A DNA stretch of 64,000 bases from Eledone cirrhosa (lineage: Eukaryota): the NCBI GenBank assembly GCA_964016885.1, contig OZ024741.1, forward strand, positions 252,154,001-252,218,000, written 5' to 3'. The position numbers and the translations under genes were made by a program. Below the pieces are notes generated by a model that saw only the letters and a program-made list of their open reading frames with translations, was not told the origin of the DNA and made no database searches. Positions 37,420-50,604 of this stretch are shown here, piece by piece; the first letter of the stretch is position 1; every line of letters begins with the position of its first letter.

Positions 37420-38110
37420 ACCACCATTTTTATCAACATTTCTATGCTTGCATGGGTTTGGCAGCCTCCCTCCACCTGTAGCATTCCATAATCATCTCTA
37501 CTCTAGGGTTCATTGTTTTGAGATCATCTTTAACCACATTTCCCAGATTTTTCTTTCTTCCTCTACTACAGCTTCTTTTTAATGGTATCACCTGGTACTT
37601 CTACACACAGCATTCTTCATCCATATGCATCATATATCCATAACAGAACACAGTCTTCTCCCTTGCACAATACATCTGATTCCTTTTATATCCAGCTTTT
37701 CCCTCATTTCATCCAACCTTCATCATTCAGGCACACTAGCATTACACATCCAACAGAGCATGCTTGCCTTATTTCCCCTTATCCTCTGTATATCTTCTAC
37801 ATTTACTAACCTTATCACATTGCCATTCAACACCACACTTCACATACAGGCATTATAAAATTTAGACTTCACCCATAGAAAAGATCCCTTTTTGTCTACA
37901 GAGGTAGTTGGTCCCTAAATATTTTCCATGCTTTCAAATCAATCCGCTCCACTGATAATTAGGTTATCTAAGTAGCAGAAACTATAAACTACGTTGATGG
38001 TACTTTACTGGGATTGGAAAAGTTTTATTTCATTGCTGCCCCTACAACACATTATTCCTGTGCATTTGCCATATGCAAATCTCTTTTATTTTAGTCTGCC
38101 TACAATCTCA
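37420..38110 (-). pseudogene. Highly decayed RTE 3' fragment
   Basis: Reverse complement resembles the FCYLDN..WKIFR..LYNAC..ASMLCWMC region and the catgcaagcat tail. Confidence 0.6.
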
Positions 38111-38145
38111 CTACACATTTACAACACCTATACTTTACATTGAGT

Positions 38146-38221
<76 letters not shown>

Positions 38222-38275
38222 TTCTGTTATGAATCCACCTGTGTACATATTCTTCTATGGAATATGTATTTGGTT

Positions 38276-38355
<80 letters not shown>

Positions 38356-38539
38356 CATATATATAGTAATAATAATAAATGTGAAGACTAAAATCCAGAG
38401 GGCTCGATAAGGATAAATATATATATATATATATCATACACTCACACATGCAAATCCACACATCTCATGGACATACTCAAACACTGCCAGATACTTATCA
38501 CAAACACAAAATAAACTTCAACACATATATACAGTACAC

Positions 38540-38852
38540 ACATTCAAACTTACATTCTCACACATAAATTTCCACAACCACACACCACATGGACACTTTG
38601 ATACTTTACACAATAAACTTTGATACTTTACACAATAAACTTTTAACAAAACACACATATTTAAACCTCCAAGCTTCCTGAGATTCACCAACACTACACC
38701 TAATATTCCCCCTCCATACACACGCACGAATGCATATTCACTTCCCTGACATTTGTACATTATTCTATGTACTATACATGCATCTTTGACGACTTGTAGT
38801 GCACCTGAGCACTGTACACAATAATTTCATTATTATTATTATTATTATTATT
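38540..38852 (+). mobile_element. 3' end of a LINE/SINE with (ATT)n tail
   Basis: ..gtgcacctgagcactgtacacaataatttc(att)n; a diverged inverted copy lies at ~29597-29810. Confidence 0.6.
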
Positions 38853-40884
38853 TGAGTCTCAGTCATTGATGTTAGTTAACTGGAAAGTTTGTTGAAATGA
38901 ATATCAAGCCACTACCTGCAGCCTCAGATATTCAGGACGTATCGGAGGGTTCTTGCTGTTCCCAGCAAGCATGCCTTTTGAAACGTTCCAAAAAGCGGGG
39001 CGGGGCCAATTTTCTTTAACCATCCATGGAAACTTTTTGAGATAGTACCTAGTGCACCTATGACAATCGGGACCACTTTGACTTCATGGCAGTTCCAAAT
39101 TTTTTTTACCTCCCACTTTAAGTCCTGGCATCGGTTAATTTTTTCCCTCTCCTTCTCTTGCACTCTCGTGTCGAATGGGCAGGCCACATCCACAATCAGG
39201 CACAATATTTTTTTCTTGTCCGAAACCACCAGGTGAGGTCTATTGTGTTCCAGTTTCTTGTCCGTCTGTATCCTAAAATCCCACACCACCTTCACCTGAT
39301 CGTTTTCTATCACCGACTCTGGCTTATGCTCATACCACTTCTCAGAATGTGGTAAATTATTTACTTTGCATAGGTGCCAGTGGATCACCCTGCCCATCAC
39401 ATCATGTCTCCAGCCTTTATAGTGAGTCTGGGCTAGGTGTTTACACTCGGATACAATGTGAGCCACAGTCTCCTCTCTCTCTCCACAGATCCTACACAGT
39501 GGGCTAGCCTCCTCCTTGTAAATATGGTGTTTCAACCACTTCGTTTTGAGGGTCTGCTCTTGCGCAGCCATTAACATTCCTTCTGTAGCATTTTTAAGGT
39601 CTCCTCTTTTCAACCAGTTCCATGTCTGTGGATCTCTGAATTCAGTTTTCTCAAAGAAGGTACTATGAAGGGATTTTTCATGAAGGTTGCTCTTTCTCCT
39701 TGTTGTTATTTCCTCCTTGGACATCCCCTGGTCTATTGTCCTCTTCTTCAGTACAATTCTGTGAATTGGCTCCCTACTATCAGTCACGTATTTGTGTAGG
39801 TTGTTTTTCTCCACCTGAACACAGTCCTCTATGCTGATAAGACCTCTTCCACCTTCAGATCTCCTTAAGTAGAGTCTATCGATATCATTCCTTTTGTGGA
39901 ACATGTTGTAGATAGTCAATAACTTCCTAGTCTTCCTATCCATTTCTTTTTGTTCAGCAACATTCCATTTCAGAATTCCCGCACTGTACCTAATAATAGA
40001 CACAGCTCGGGAATTTACTGCACTTATGGCATTCCTACTGTTCAGATGTGATTTTAATACGCTCCTTACTCTCCGGATGTATTCAGATCTTATCAATTCC
40101 TTCATGTTTTTGTTCTTGATGTCATCAGCCTCCAGAACACCTAAATATTTGTATCCTTCTTCAGTGTCAATTTCCTTTATCATCTCACCTGTTGGTACCT
40201 GGATTCCGTTGCTTCTGCTCAATTTACCCCTCTTCATCACAAGGACTCCACACTTACTAATACCAAATTGCATACATATATCATTGCTGAAAATACGGAC
40301 AGTGTCAACAAGCACATCCAACTCTTTCTCACTCTTCCCGAAGAGCTTAAGATTGTCCTGAAGAAGAGGTGGTTGATGGTAAGCTCTCCCTTTCCCAACT
40401 TGTATCCTGCTCTCACTTTTCGCAGTATAATGGTCAGAGGCACCAGGGCAAGGACAAACAACAGAGGGGACAGACTATCTCCCTGGAAGATACCTCTCTT
40501 GATCTTCACGCCTCCCAAGGATTCTCCAGCTGATGTTAATTCTGTTTTCCAGGACTTCATACTTTTGCCCAACTGTCTGATGTTATCTGCCACCTTGAAG
40601 ATCTCTAGGCTTTTGGAGATCTAAGAATGAGGCACCATGTCAAATGCCTTTTTGTAGTCTATCCATCCCATGGCAAGACCAGTATGTCTCCTCCTGCAAT
40701 TCCTCATTACCATCTTATCAATGAGTAACTGGTCCTTTGTACCACGGGACTTCTTTCGGCATCCTTTCTGTTCGTCTGGTAACAAGTTGTTTGTGTGGAG
40801 GTGATGGTAGATTTCCTCAGACATATTGCTTGTCAACAGTTTCCACATTACGGACAGACATGTGATAGGTCTATAGTTGGTTGT
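38853..40884 (-). mobile_element. 5'-truncated R4/Dong-like RLE non-LTR retrotransposon ending in (TAA)n
   Basis: [72 protein letters not shown]; contains a stop and a frameshift; its 3' end abuts (TAA)n. Confidence 0.92.
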
Positions 40885-41037
40885 TATATTTATGCATAGT
40901 TTATTTTATATTTTCATATTTTCATTGTTAAATTAGTCTTGCCATTGTGCACTTTTACTCGACCTTATTGTAAACCCCCACTGTCCCTGTCTTTGTATTG
41001 TCCCCTACATGTCGGCCCTTGTGGCTAATAAATGAAA

Positions 41038-41069
<32 letters not shown>
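40885..41069 (+). mobile_element. 3' end of a Tx1-like LINE relative with (ATT)n tail
   Basis: ccttgtggctaataaatgaaatc(att)n matches the 3' end ccttgtggttaataaagaaatc(att)n at 46501-46551. Confidence 0.7.
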
Positions 41070-44000
41070 GGTGACCTACGTAGTAAATCGTATCATCGTG
41101 AGCTCCGCAAATGTTTGTTGTTTTCGTTTGTTTAAAATTACCATTTATGGAAAATTTTTATTGTTAACTGTATATAAGTGCACATACATTGTTTTCCGAA
41201 AAGGACACTCAAAAAGATTGGGGCCTTGAGCCCAAAATTTAAACTTTTATAATTATTAAAAAAAAACTTTCTTTGGAAAAAACATGGACGACTCACAGCC
41301 GCACTAAGCTGACAGCTATCCTCACAAACTAACACCTCACACTGACACCACCATTGTAAATATTACTACGTTTGCCAACACTAAAAAGATAAGCAGTAGC
41401 AATATTTTAAATTTGTCTCAGGCAGATATTCATTTCCCGCCATTACCAATGACTGCAGGTGTTAAAGCCGCCACCACCACCACGCGACAAACCCCCCCCC
41501 CCCCACCACCACCACCACCACTGCGACAACCCATATCAGATGTGGGCAGAAATATGGAACCGTGGACGTGTTCTTTGAAACACCACAGGAGGCTAGAGAA
41601 CATTCCATGGCCCCAATAAGAAGTGACGACTTCACTCTCGTCCCAAGCTATTGTGGCCAGAGACTCGTAAAGATCAGGGTCACCCACGTTCCACCGGCCA
41701 TCGAAATTCCCTGGGTAATAGCTGCCGTCCTCGCCGGCATCGAAGCCAACACCAAGATAATCGAAATAGCGAAAGAAAAGCAGGAGAACTGGTCCGGATC
41801 TGGGATGGAGCTCCTGATCCAAGCGGACCAAAAAAGCATTAAGGAGATCCCAGAGGTAATAGACCTCACTGACGGCAACCACAGCACCGTAATCGTCGAG
41901 GGCAGAAGGCCTAGGTGTGTCGTTTGTGGTGAAGGAACCCACCTAAGAGCTTTCTGCCCTCAGGCTAAAAGGTTGAGGCCACCTCTCCTACCCACTCCAG
42001 TGACTCAACCATCAACACCACTAGCAGCAACAACAGAAGCAACTGTAACAGCAACAACCCCAGCAACAGTAGCAAAACCAACATCACCATCACCCAACGC
42101 GTCAGAACTAGCACCAGCGCCTACATCATCCACCACGCCACAACCAAAACCAACGCCTGTGGAGGATTTTCCACTCCCTGGCCTATCACAACTGGAGACA
42201 GATTATGACGACGAGGAGTGGGAAACGGTATCAGGAAAAAAGAAAAAAAGAAACCAAAAAAGAAAAAATTCTCTTCCCTCCCCCTCCAAAAACAAAATAC
42301 AGAGGGAAACAAATAAACTATCAAACAAAAAAGTTAGGACAAATATGCCACCATCCACACCAGCATCACCAACCCCATCACCACAAACACCAACACCATC
42401 ACCATCATTAACCCCAACACCACCATCACCAACACCACAAAAGTCACCAAAAAGCGAAACAGAAACAAACCCACAACAAACGCAAACAAAACAAAACAAC
42501 CAAAACGATACACACTGCACAGCATTAAATTTGAACAGTATCGGTAGAGCGTCGGACGCCATGCTTTCCAGCATAGTTACGTCCCTTTACGATCTGAGTT
42601 CAAATCCCGCCGAGGTTGACTTTGCCTTTCATCCTTACGGGGTCGATAAAATAAAGTACCAGTAATGCACTGGGTAATTGCTGGCCTTGTGCCTAAAGTA
42701 GAAACAATTAAATTTGAACAACAACCAATTATTACACTACATCCAAAACAACACCAGCATCACAGAAAAAGACTATACAACAACCCAAAAGTTCACACCA
42801 CCTCCACACATCCTTCTTCTACGAGAAGTAAGGTAAGCGGTCTTTCCCATCTTTTCCATTCCATTTCAACATGACCTCACTCAGAATAGGCAGCATAAAT
42901 GCGCGTGGCTTGGGGTCGTCGTGGAAGCAGGGCCACCTGCTCAACAACCTCAGGTCACTAAACATAGATGTAGTGGCCATCAGCGAGACCAGAATCTCCA
43001 AAGCACGGGCCTTCGCACCGATCTTCGGCAGCTACGATGTGTACGCATCTCCTAGCCGTCCGGGATCGGGGGGAGGAGTTGCTGTGCTTTTTCGGAGAGG
43101 TTTGGATCTCGCCATACGGGCCATCTTCCTGGACCCAGAAGGTAAGTTGGTGGTGCTAGACGTGACCAGCGGAGACGGGCAAGCTTTCAGGCTAGTGGCC
43201 GTCTATGCCCCGACAGGAGCAGGGCGGCCTGATTTCTTCCGGCGTCTGGAGACCTTTCTTGGAACATCCCGCTCTTTAGTGTTAATGGGCGATTGGAACG
43301 GGATCTTAGATGCACGCTGGGACTGTGTGGGATTAGCGGATAGGGAAGGAGGGTGCAAGAGCCTCACCAACCTGCTCAGGCATTTTGAACTGTCTGACAG
43401 GTACCAATTGGATTTCCCGAATGTGCCAATGTGAACCTAAGACAAATCGCATAGGGTCATCCAGATCATATCTAGATAGAGTATTTTGTAGGGAAATAGA
43501 TAGGTCTAGCATAGGCTGTCCACAATTCAAGATAGTCAGCTACACGGACCACAAATTCGTTATCTGTGTGCTTGACTTAGATAGGCTTCATAGACGAGGA
43601 CCCGGCTACTGGAAGCTAAACGTGTCCTTACCAGCGCGCAAGGCCTACAGAGACCGGATTAGCGAACTAGTTAAGCAGGCATTGACGGGGGCCATCGTCA
43701 ACAACAAGTGGTGGTTTGCTCTGAAAAGAGCAATTAGAATAGAGTCCATTAGGTTTAGTAAGGCTTTAGCAATAGAGAAAATAGAGCAGAGGGAGAATTA
43801 GTTAGAAAATTAGACGAGGCGCTTAGCAAAGGCATTGCGACCGACGTGCTTGCGGCGAAATTGGCCCTTGACCAATTCTTCAATGCAAAGCAAGAAGGCT
43901 GCGTTGTCAGAGCTAGGGTGCGTGCTCTCAGACACGAGGGGACGAAAGCCGTTCAATGGGCCCGAGTGGCGGAGGCGCGTCGTGGCAACAAAGCCACGAT

Positions 44001-46520
44001 CCGGTCTTTGGTGGACCACGACGGGCGCATGCTACTCGATCCCGGGCAAATGTGTGAAGCTTTTCAGCGACACTTCGTTCAGTTGTTCGAGGGCAGCGGC
44101 GGGCCGGATCGAGGAATGGACTTTAGTGTCTACCTCGACGGACTGCCGCGGCTCTCGGCCACTGAGGCGGAGTGTTTCGAAAAGCCGATACCAGCCGCTG
44201 AAGTACGGGAGGCAATGACTGGCTGCACAAGGGGTAAATCGCCTGGCTAGATGGTCTGCCCTATGAACTTTACGTACAGATGCCAGACTTGTTCGGAGGC
44301 CTCTTGGCGGACGTCTACTGCAACTGGCAACAGAACGGGAGAATTCCCAGCTCTGTGAGCCGAGGAGAGGTGGCGCTGCTGAGAAAGGATCCGAACAAGG
44401 GGGATAACATAGATAATGTTAGGCCCATAACTCTGCTAAACACAGAGTTCAAGATTTTGGCCAAGGTGCTAGCAAAGAGGTTGGCGCTTGTCGTTGGTGG
44501 TCTGGTGGGAGAGGCGCAGACATGCGCCATTCCCGACAGATTCATCCACGACAACCTCCACCTTATGCGATACATCGTAGAGAGGGTAGCTAGGGAACCT
44601 GGCACGGGTGGGTCCTTGATTAATTTAGATCAGTCGAAATCTTTCGATAGGGTCGACCATCGTTACCTAGCGGCAGTCCTGAGGGCGGCTGGCTTTGGGC
44701 CCATCTTCAGAGGCTGGATCGCTGCCATGCACAGCGACATCGGCTCTGTGGTGAGAGTGAACGGCCACCTTTCGGAACCGTTCAACATCATGCGCTCGGT
44801 CCACCAAGGATGTCCTCTCTCGTCCCTCTTGTACGTATTGACTCTCGAGCCATTACTGCACAAACTGGAGACGTTGAGGGGGATCCCGCATGAACTAGGA
44901 TGCGGAAGATCCATGTCAGCATATGAGGACGATGTCACCGTAGTGGTGTCGAACGCCAAACACATCGAGGCGATCGGCACTACACTAAGAGAATACGAAG
45001 CGGTGACAGGAGCAATGATCAACCAGGAAAAGTCAGTGGGCCTGCAGCTCGGCACCTGGAGAGGCAGGTCCATGCCATCCAACAGTGTCGTCGGACGCTG
45101 GTCGGACGGACCGGTTAAATTGCTAGGGGTCTGGTTCGGTCCGGACCTCCAGACGGACAAAAACTGGGACGAGGTGACGAGCAGGGTGGCTTCTCTCAAC
45201 CAGAAATGGGCGGAGAGGAAGCTATCCCCGAAAGGTCGAGCGGAGGTGGCTAACGCGTACATCGTGTCTGTCATCTGCTACCGCCTGACCGTCGTACCTT
45301 GTCCTAAGCCCCGCCTGACTGCGCTGGAGCGTTTGCTCTTTCGCTTTTTGTGGAAGGGACGCACTCCGATGGTCAGGCGGTCCATCTGTTGTCAACACCC
45401 GCTACGTGGAGGGCTGGGCATGCCGTGGCTGATAATGCGCAGACATGCGCTCAGGCTATGACATCTCCACCTCTTCCTCAACGGTGATCAGGTGTGGTCA
45501 CCATTTACTAGACACGTATTTCCCCAGCTCGTTTCCTTGACGGAGCTGCAGTCCTGGGCCAAGCGAAGACCGAGAGGGAGCGCCTGGAGACTGGAATCTC
45601 TTCAGGCACTCACAGCCCTCGACCAATCGGGCAATGTGATCGGTGGAAACTCCACCTCAGCGTTCTATAGAGGATTAGTGGAGGGGAAGAGCGACGACGT
45701 ACTTGGGGAAACTCTAGGCATCGACGAAAATCAACTAGCCAATCTCTTCGGAAGAACTTTCGGGCTGGGGCCTATGGACAACTTCCAGAAATCTCTGGCC
45801 TGGCAGTGCTACCGAGGAGCCTTGCCAGTTCGGGATAAACTCTACAGGCATGGAGGTGCCGTCAGCCGGGAATGTCCGAGATGCGTGCAGGGTGACGAAA
45901 CCGTCCTGCACGCACTCGCCCAGTGTCCGAAAATTGCTGACTTGTGGGTTTATGTCGAACACCTGCTGGCGCGTGTAGGACGGATCCGGCTATCATCTGA
46001 GTCCATCGTGAGGATAGCCCCGCCCTCTTCCTTTAGCCGGGAAGGGCAGGCAGTTTTTATCTGTCTGGTGGCCATGGCGAAAGAGATAGTATGGTGGACA
46101 CGTTTGAAAGGGCTGAAGACGAGCACTTACCTCTTCGGTGATGCCCTGATTGACTTTTTCAAATTTCATTTGAGAAGGAAAATCAGAGTAGAGAGGGAAG
46201 TGCTCTCTTCCCAGCATTTTGTTGAAAGATGGGTGAGAGAAGCAAGAATGGCCTGAGTATGTATCTGCAAATTAAAGGTGGAAAACTGGGAGAGGGCACT
46301 TGCCTTGGTGGTCAGGGCCACTGTGGCCTTTTACTGGGCTTTCTCCACAAATGTCCCTCCGAAGTCTCCCCCCCTATTGGGGAATTTTTCATTGTTATTT
46401 TTTTGTTACATCCTCTGTTTTTGTTTTTTACACGCAGAAATGCCCATTTGTACCGTCCTGTATTGTCCTGCACTGTCCTTAATGTCTACTTTATGTAAAC
46501 CCTTGTGGTTAATAAAGAAA

Positions 46521-46551
<31 letters not shown>
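41070..46551 (+). mobile_element. Near full-length, inactivated Tx1/L1-clade LINE (ORF1 with CCHC knuckle; ORF2 APE endonuclease, RT, C-terminal zinc finger)
   Basis: ORF1 ~41562-42836 (CVVCGEGTHLRAFC), interrupted by a SINE. ORF2 42871-46256: SINARGL, ISET, VYAP, GDWN, YLDR, TDH; RT RPITLLN, QGCPLS, YEDD; CPRC..ETVLHALAQC. Several stops and frameshifts; (ATT)n on both sides. Confidence 0.92.
42538..42706 (+). mobile_element. Family-A SINE inserted in Tx1 ORF1 with 14-bp TSD
   Basis: attaaatttgaaca at 42524-42537 and 42707-42720; removing the SINE and one TSD restores ORF1 to TAA at 42834-42836. Confidence 0.9.
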
Positions 46552-46865
46552 CAGTAATATACTGGATAATTGCTGGCCTTGTGCCAAAAGTAGAAACAAT
46601 TATTATTATTATCATCATCATACACACACTTACACTAATACACACACATTTCACTTTGCATTCCAAAATCGTTACCAAGACTACCTAATAGTTTGTCTTG
46701 TCTACTCTCATTAGTTTTCCTTACTACCTTTTATTTCCTATATCTATTCTTTGTGATCATGTCTCTATCTCTTGTACTCCTGGAGAAGGGCTAAAGTATG
46801 ACCTGTATATATATAAAGCATGAAGCTAATAAGACATTTTATATCTCTATTTTGTCATTTCCTTG

Positions 46866-46896
<31 letters not shown>

Positions 46897-46965
46897 CTGA
46901 AGTAAAAGTTAAGAGGAAATATCCAAGAGTAAGAGCATTCAGTCCATAGGACGAGTTTAGTAGAA

Positions 46966-47117
46966 ATAATTACAACAGTGACATAAACAGGTACTCAACT
47001 TTCGTTGGGTTTTCTTCAGCCTGTCATGTTTGTTATTTTTCTCATGACAGGCTTTAGAAATTGGGGCCCAGAACCCAACGAAACTAGAGTACCTGTTTAT
47101 GTCACTGTTGTAATTAT
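46966..47117. repeat. Small fold-back palindrome with a defective hammerhead motif on each arm
   Basis: Minus arm acagg CTGAAGA aaacccaac GAAA gttga GTA cctgt; plus arm acagg CTTTAGA aa ttggg..cccaa c GAAA ctaga GTA cctgt. Confidence 0.75.
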
Positions 47118-47126
47118 ATATATATA

Positions 47127-47610
47127 TCATCATCATCATCATCAGGTTTAGCGTCCGTGTTCCACGCTTGCATGGGTTTGGACGGGGGTTTTCCCACTTG
47201 AGGCAAGAGTGGTTGTCTTGCTCGCATAGGACTGTCTGGCGGGTTTTCTACAGTTGGATGCCCTTCCTAACACCAACCACATTTACAGTGTGGGGCTGGG
47301 AGGTTTTTACCGTGTTGCCTACACGGCCACATTTACAGCGTGGACTGTCTGGCGGGTTTTCTACAGCTGGATGCCCTTCCTAACACCAACCACATTTACA
47401 GTGTGGGGCTGGGAGGTTTTTACCGTGTTGCCTACACGGCCACATTTACAGCGTGGACTGTGTGTTTTTTTGTCGTGACACCTACACGATCTCATTTGTT
47501 TCGGCCTGGATGTTGTGGGACCAACATAACTTTACATTGAAAGGGGCGGTGTGGATGGGGTGGAGGTGGTGGGACGGGGGTGTGTTTTGATAGAGATGCC
47601 TACTGACTGT
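47127..47610 (-). mobile_element. RTE 3' UTR copy with an internal 113-bp tandem duplication
   Basis: Homologous to 490-850; GGACTGT microhomology at 47229, 47342 and 47455. Confidence 0.85.
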
Positions 47611-47861
47611 AATATATATATATATATATATATATATTTCGTTTCTGAATTTGTTTAGCAAGATTCTTTATCTGAAATCGTGTGTTGAAACCGATATTGT
47701 TATACTTTGGGAGGGTCATGTTGCCAATAAGAAACACACGCACCAGTTGCTTTCACTTCAATTTATTATATATTTATAAATTAATAAATTTACAAATCTA
47801 CAAACTTATAAATTTCTGGTTGGTTGGTTGGTTCTACAACCAGATAGTTGTTTATATATAT

Positions 47862-47906
47862 AGTCATAGTCCTTTCGTCACACACTCTGTGACCTCTTCA
47901 GTGACT
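47862..47906 (-). ncRNA. Minimal hammerhead motif in the left Penelope pLTR
   Basis: Mirror copy of 49186-49230. Confidence 0.7.
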
Positions 47907-49185
47907 GGGGATTCCTTTCTTCGTTTCTGTGCCTTTTCTTTCTTCTATCCTACGCCATTTTGTTTCTGTGTGTGTGTTGTGTGCTCAGTTTGCGCATGTG
48001 CCACATCCGGGTGTCTGTGTGTGTTTGTGTTCATTTTTCTATTTGTTTATTTATTTATTGTTGGTTGGTTGTTTGTTCTATGTGTGTGTGTGTTGACATT
48101 TTGTCCTGTGTGTGTTTTCATTTTGTGTGTGTTTTCAATTGTGTGTTTTCAATTTGTGTGTGTTTTCAATTGTAAGTTGTTTGTTCTATGTGTGTGTGTG
48201 TCTTCATTTTGTCCTTAATTGTAAGTTGTGATGTTGCTGTTCCACTCATATTTTCTATTTAATTTTGGTTTTAATTCTTTTATGCTTACTGCCTCTGTAA
48301 TTTGCCTAAACATTGCGTCTTTTCTGTGCGTGGATTCTATTTTTATTTCTATGCTCTCTAATCTACCCCTGTGTTCTATCTTAGCATTTTGGTAGAGCAC
48401 AGATGATTCTTTATTATCTTGGAGGTCTCGCCAGTGTTCATTTATTCGTTCCCCTATACTACGAGCTGTCTCACCTATGTACACTATATTTTTGTTTCTA
48501 CATTGTCCTTCAGTACATCTTATGCTATGTATAGCATAAGATGTACTGAAGGACAATGTAGAAACAAAAATATAGTGTACATAGGTGAGACAGCTCGTAG
48601 TATAGGGGAACGAATAAATGAACACTGGCGAGACCTCCAAGATAATAAAGAATCATCTGTGCTCTACCAACATGCTAAGATAGAACACAGGGGTAGATTA
48701 GAGAGCATAGAAATAAAAATAGAATCCACGCACAGAAAAGACGCAATGTTTAGGCAAATTACAGAGGCAGTAAGCATAAAATAATTAAAACCAAAATTAA
48801 ATAGAAAATATGAGTGGAACAGCAACATCACAACTTACAATTAAGGACAAAATGAAGACACACACACACATAGAACAAACAACTTACAATTGAAAACACA
48901 CTCAAATTGAAAACACACAATTGAAAACACACACAAATTGAAAACACACAATTGAAAACACACACAAAATGAAAACACACACAGGACAAAATGTCAACAC
49001 ACACACACACATAGAACAAACAACCAACCAACAATAAATAAATAAACAAATAGAAAAATGAACACAAACACACACAGACACCCGGATGTGGCACATGCGC
49101 AAACTGAGCACACAACACACACACAGAAACAAAATGGCGTAGGATAGAAGAAAGAAAAGGCACAGAAACGAAGAAAGGAATCCCC

Positions 49186-49230
49186 AGTCACTGAAGAGGT
49201 CACAGAGTGTGTGACGAAAGGACTATGACT
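49186..49230 (+). ncRNA. Minimal hammerhead motif in the right Penelope pLTR
   Basis: agtca CTGAAGA g gtcaca-gagtg-tgtgac GAAA g ga CTA tgact. Confidence 0.7.
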
Positions 49231-49390
49231 ATATATATAAACAACTATCTGGTTGTGGAACCAACCAACCAACCAGAAATTTATAAGTTTGTAGATTTGT
49301 AAATTTATAAATTTATAAATATATAATAAATTGAAGTGAAAGCAACTGGTGCGTGTGTTTCTTATTGGCAACATGACCCTCCCAAAGTAT

Positions 49391-49430
<40 letters not shown>

Positions 49431-49553
49431 TAAAATAACAGATTAAAGTTTAAGCAAAGAATCGCAGCTTTCACCCTTAACGGGATCTTCTGAAACTATA
49501 TATTTTTCCTTATCGAGCCCTCTTTGGATTTTAGTCTTCAAATTTATTATTAC

Positions 49554-49607
<54 letters not shown>

Positions 49608-50424
49608 GAGTCAGAGGTCAACTGCTAAGCTCTTGCTGTTTTGACAACAAATTCCAAGAGTTTGGATTTTGCTGTCGAAATGGCATGAGCTCAGCCATTG
49701 GGCCCCAACTCACAAATATATTTACATTCTACTATCCCAAGTATTGAGTACTTTGTTGAATAATGGTGTTACTAGTTTAAAACTAGTAAAATCATGATAT
49801 CTCTCTCTCTGTATATATATATATGTGTATATATATATATTTATATATATATATATATATGTGTATATATATATATATATATACACATATATATTGTTAA
49901 ACAGTGATGATGATGATGATGATGATGATGATTTACATGACTACTCACCAGGCCCAGGTGGGTGAAGGAAATAAATGTTTAACAACAATGAGGATGTACT
50001 CTCCCACCCCTCTCCACCTCTCTTGTCCAACCCATGCATACATTGAAAGCCAGACATGCTCCACATCTGCACTCCCACAATGCACATGTCACAACAACAA
50101 AAGCCCCTGGTTCACCCTGAAAGGTGATAGTGCAGATACATGACAAAAAAGTATGCAGTACTTCCTGTGGAGCAGTCATGCTGGTGCCATGATAAAAAAA
50201 AGCAACCAACACACCCAATAAAGTGGATGTGGTGGTGCCATAAAAAGCTAGTTGTACATGCTGTAATGTGGTTATTACTAGAAAGGGTATCCAGTCATAG
50301 AAAACCAAGCCAAGATCAGATCTGTATGAGCAAGATATGGTCATGGCTAGTTTCATAATATCATAACAACCTGCCTGACCCTTGCAAGCATTGAAAATAG
50401 ATGTTAAACAGTGATAATTATGAT

Positions 50425-50425
50425 A

Positions 50426-50462
<37 letters not shown>

Positions 50463-50555
50463 ACGTGTGTGTGTGTGCGTGTGTGTATGTATGTGGGTGT
50501 GTGTATGTGTGTGTATGTGTGTGTGTGTGGATATGTATATACATATATATGTATG

Positions 50556-50604
<49 letters not shown>

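Larger units (their letters stand above)
47695..49397. mobile_element. Penelope-like element 3' end (GIY-YIG endonuclease fragment plus pLTR) as a 1.7-kb head-to-head palindrome
   Basis: YSIRC..C..IVYIGETARSIGERINEH..S.LYQH..R.ITEAV.I..KPKLNR is encoded outward on both strands from the centre at 48529/48530 (2-nt loop); the arms are nearly identical. Confidence 0.9.

Noticed and set aside
48419-48528. N-terminal part of the GIY-YIG ORFs (MEVSPVF...)
   Set aside because: It is the antisense read of the opposite palindrome arm, not real protein sequence.
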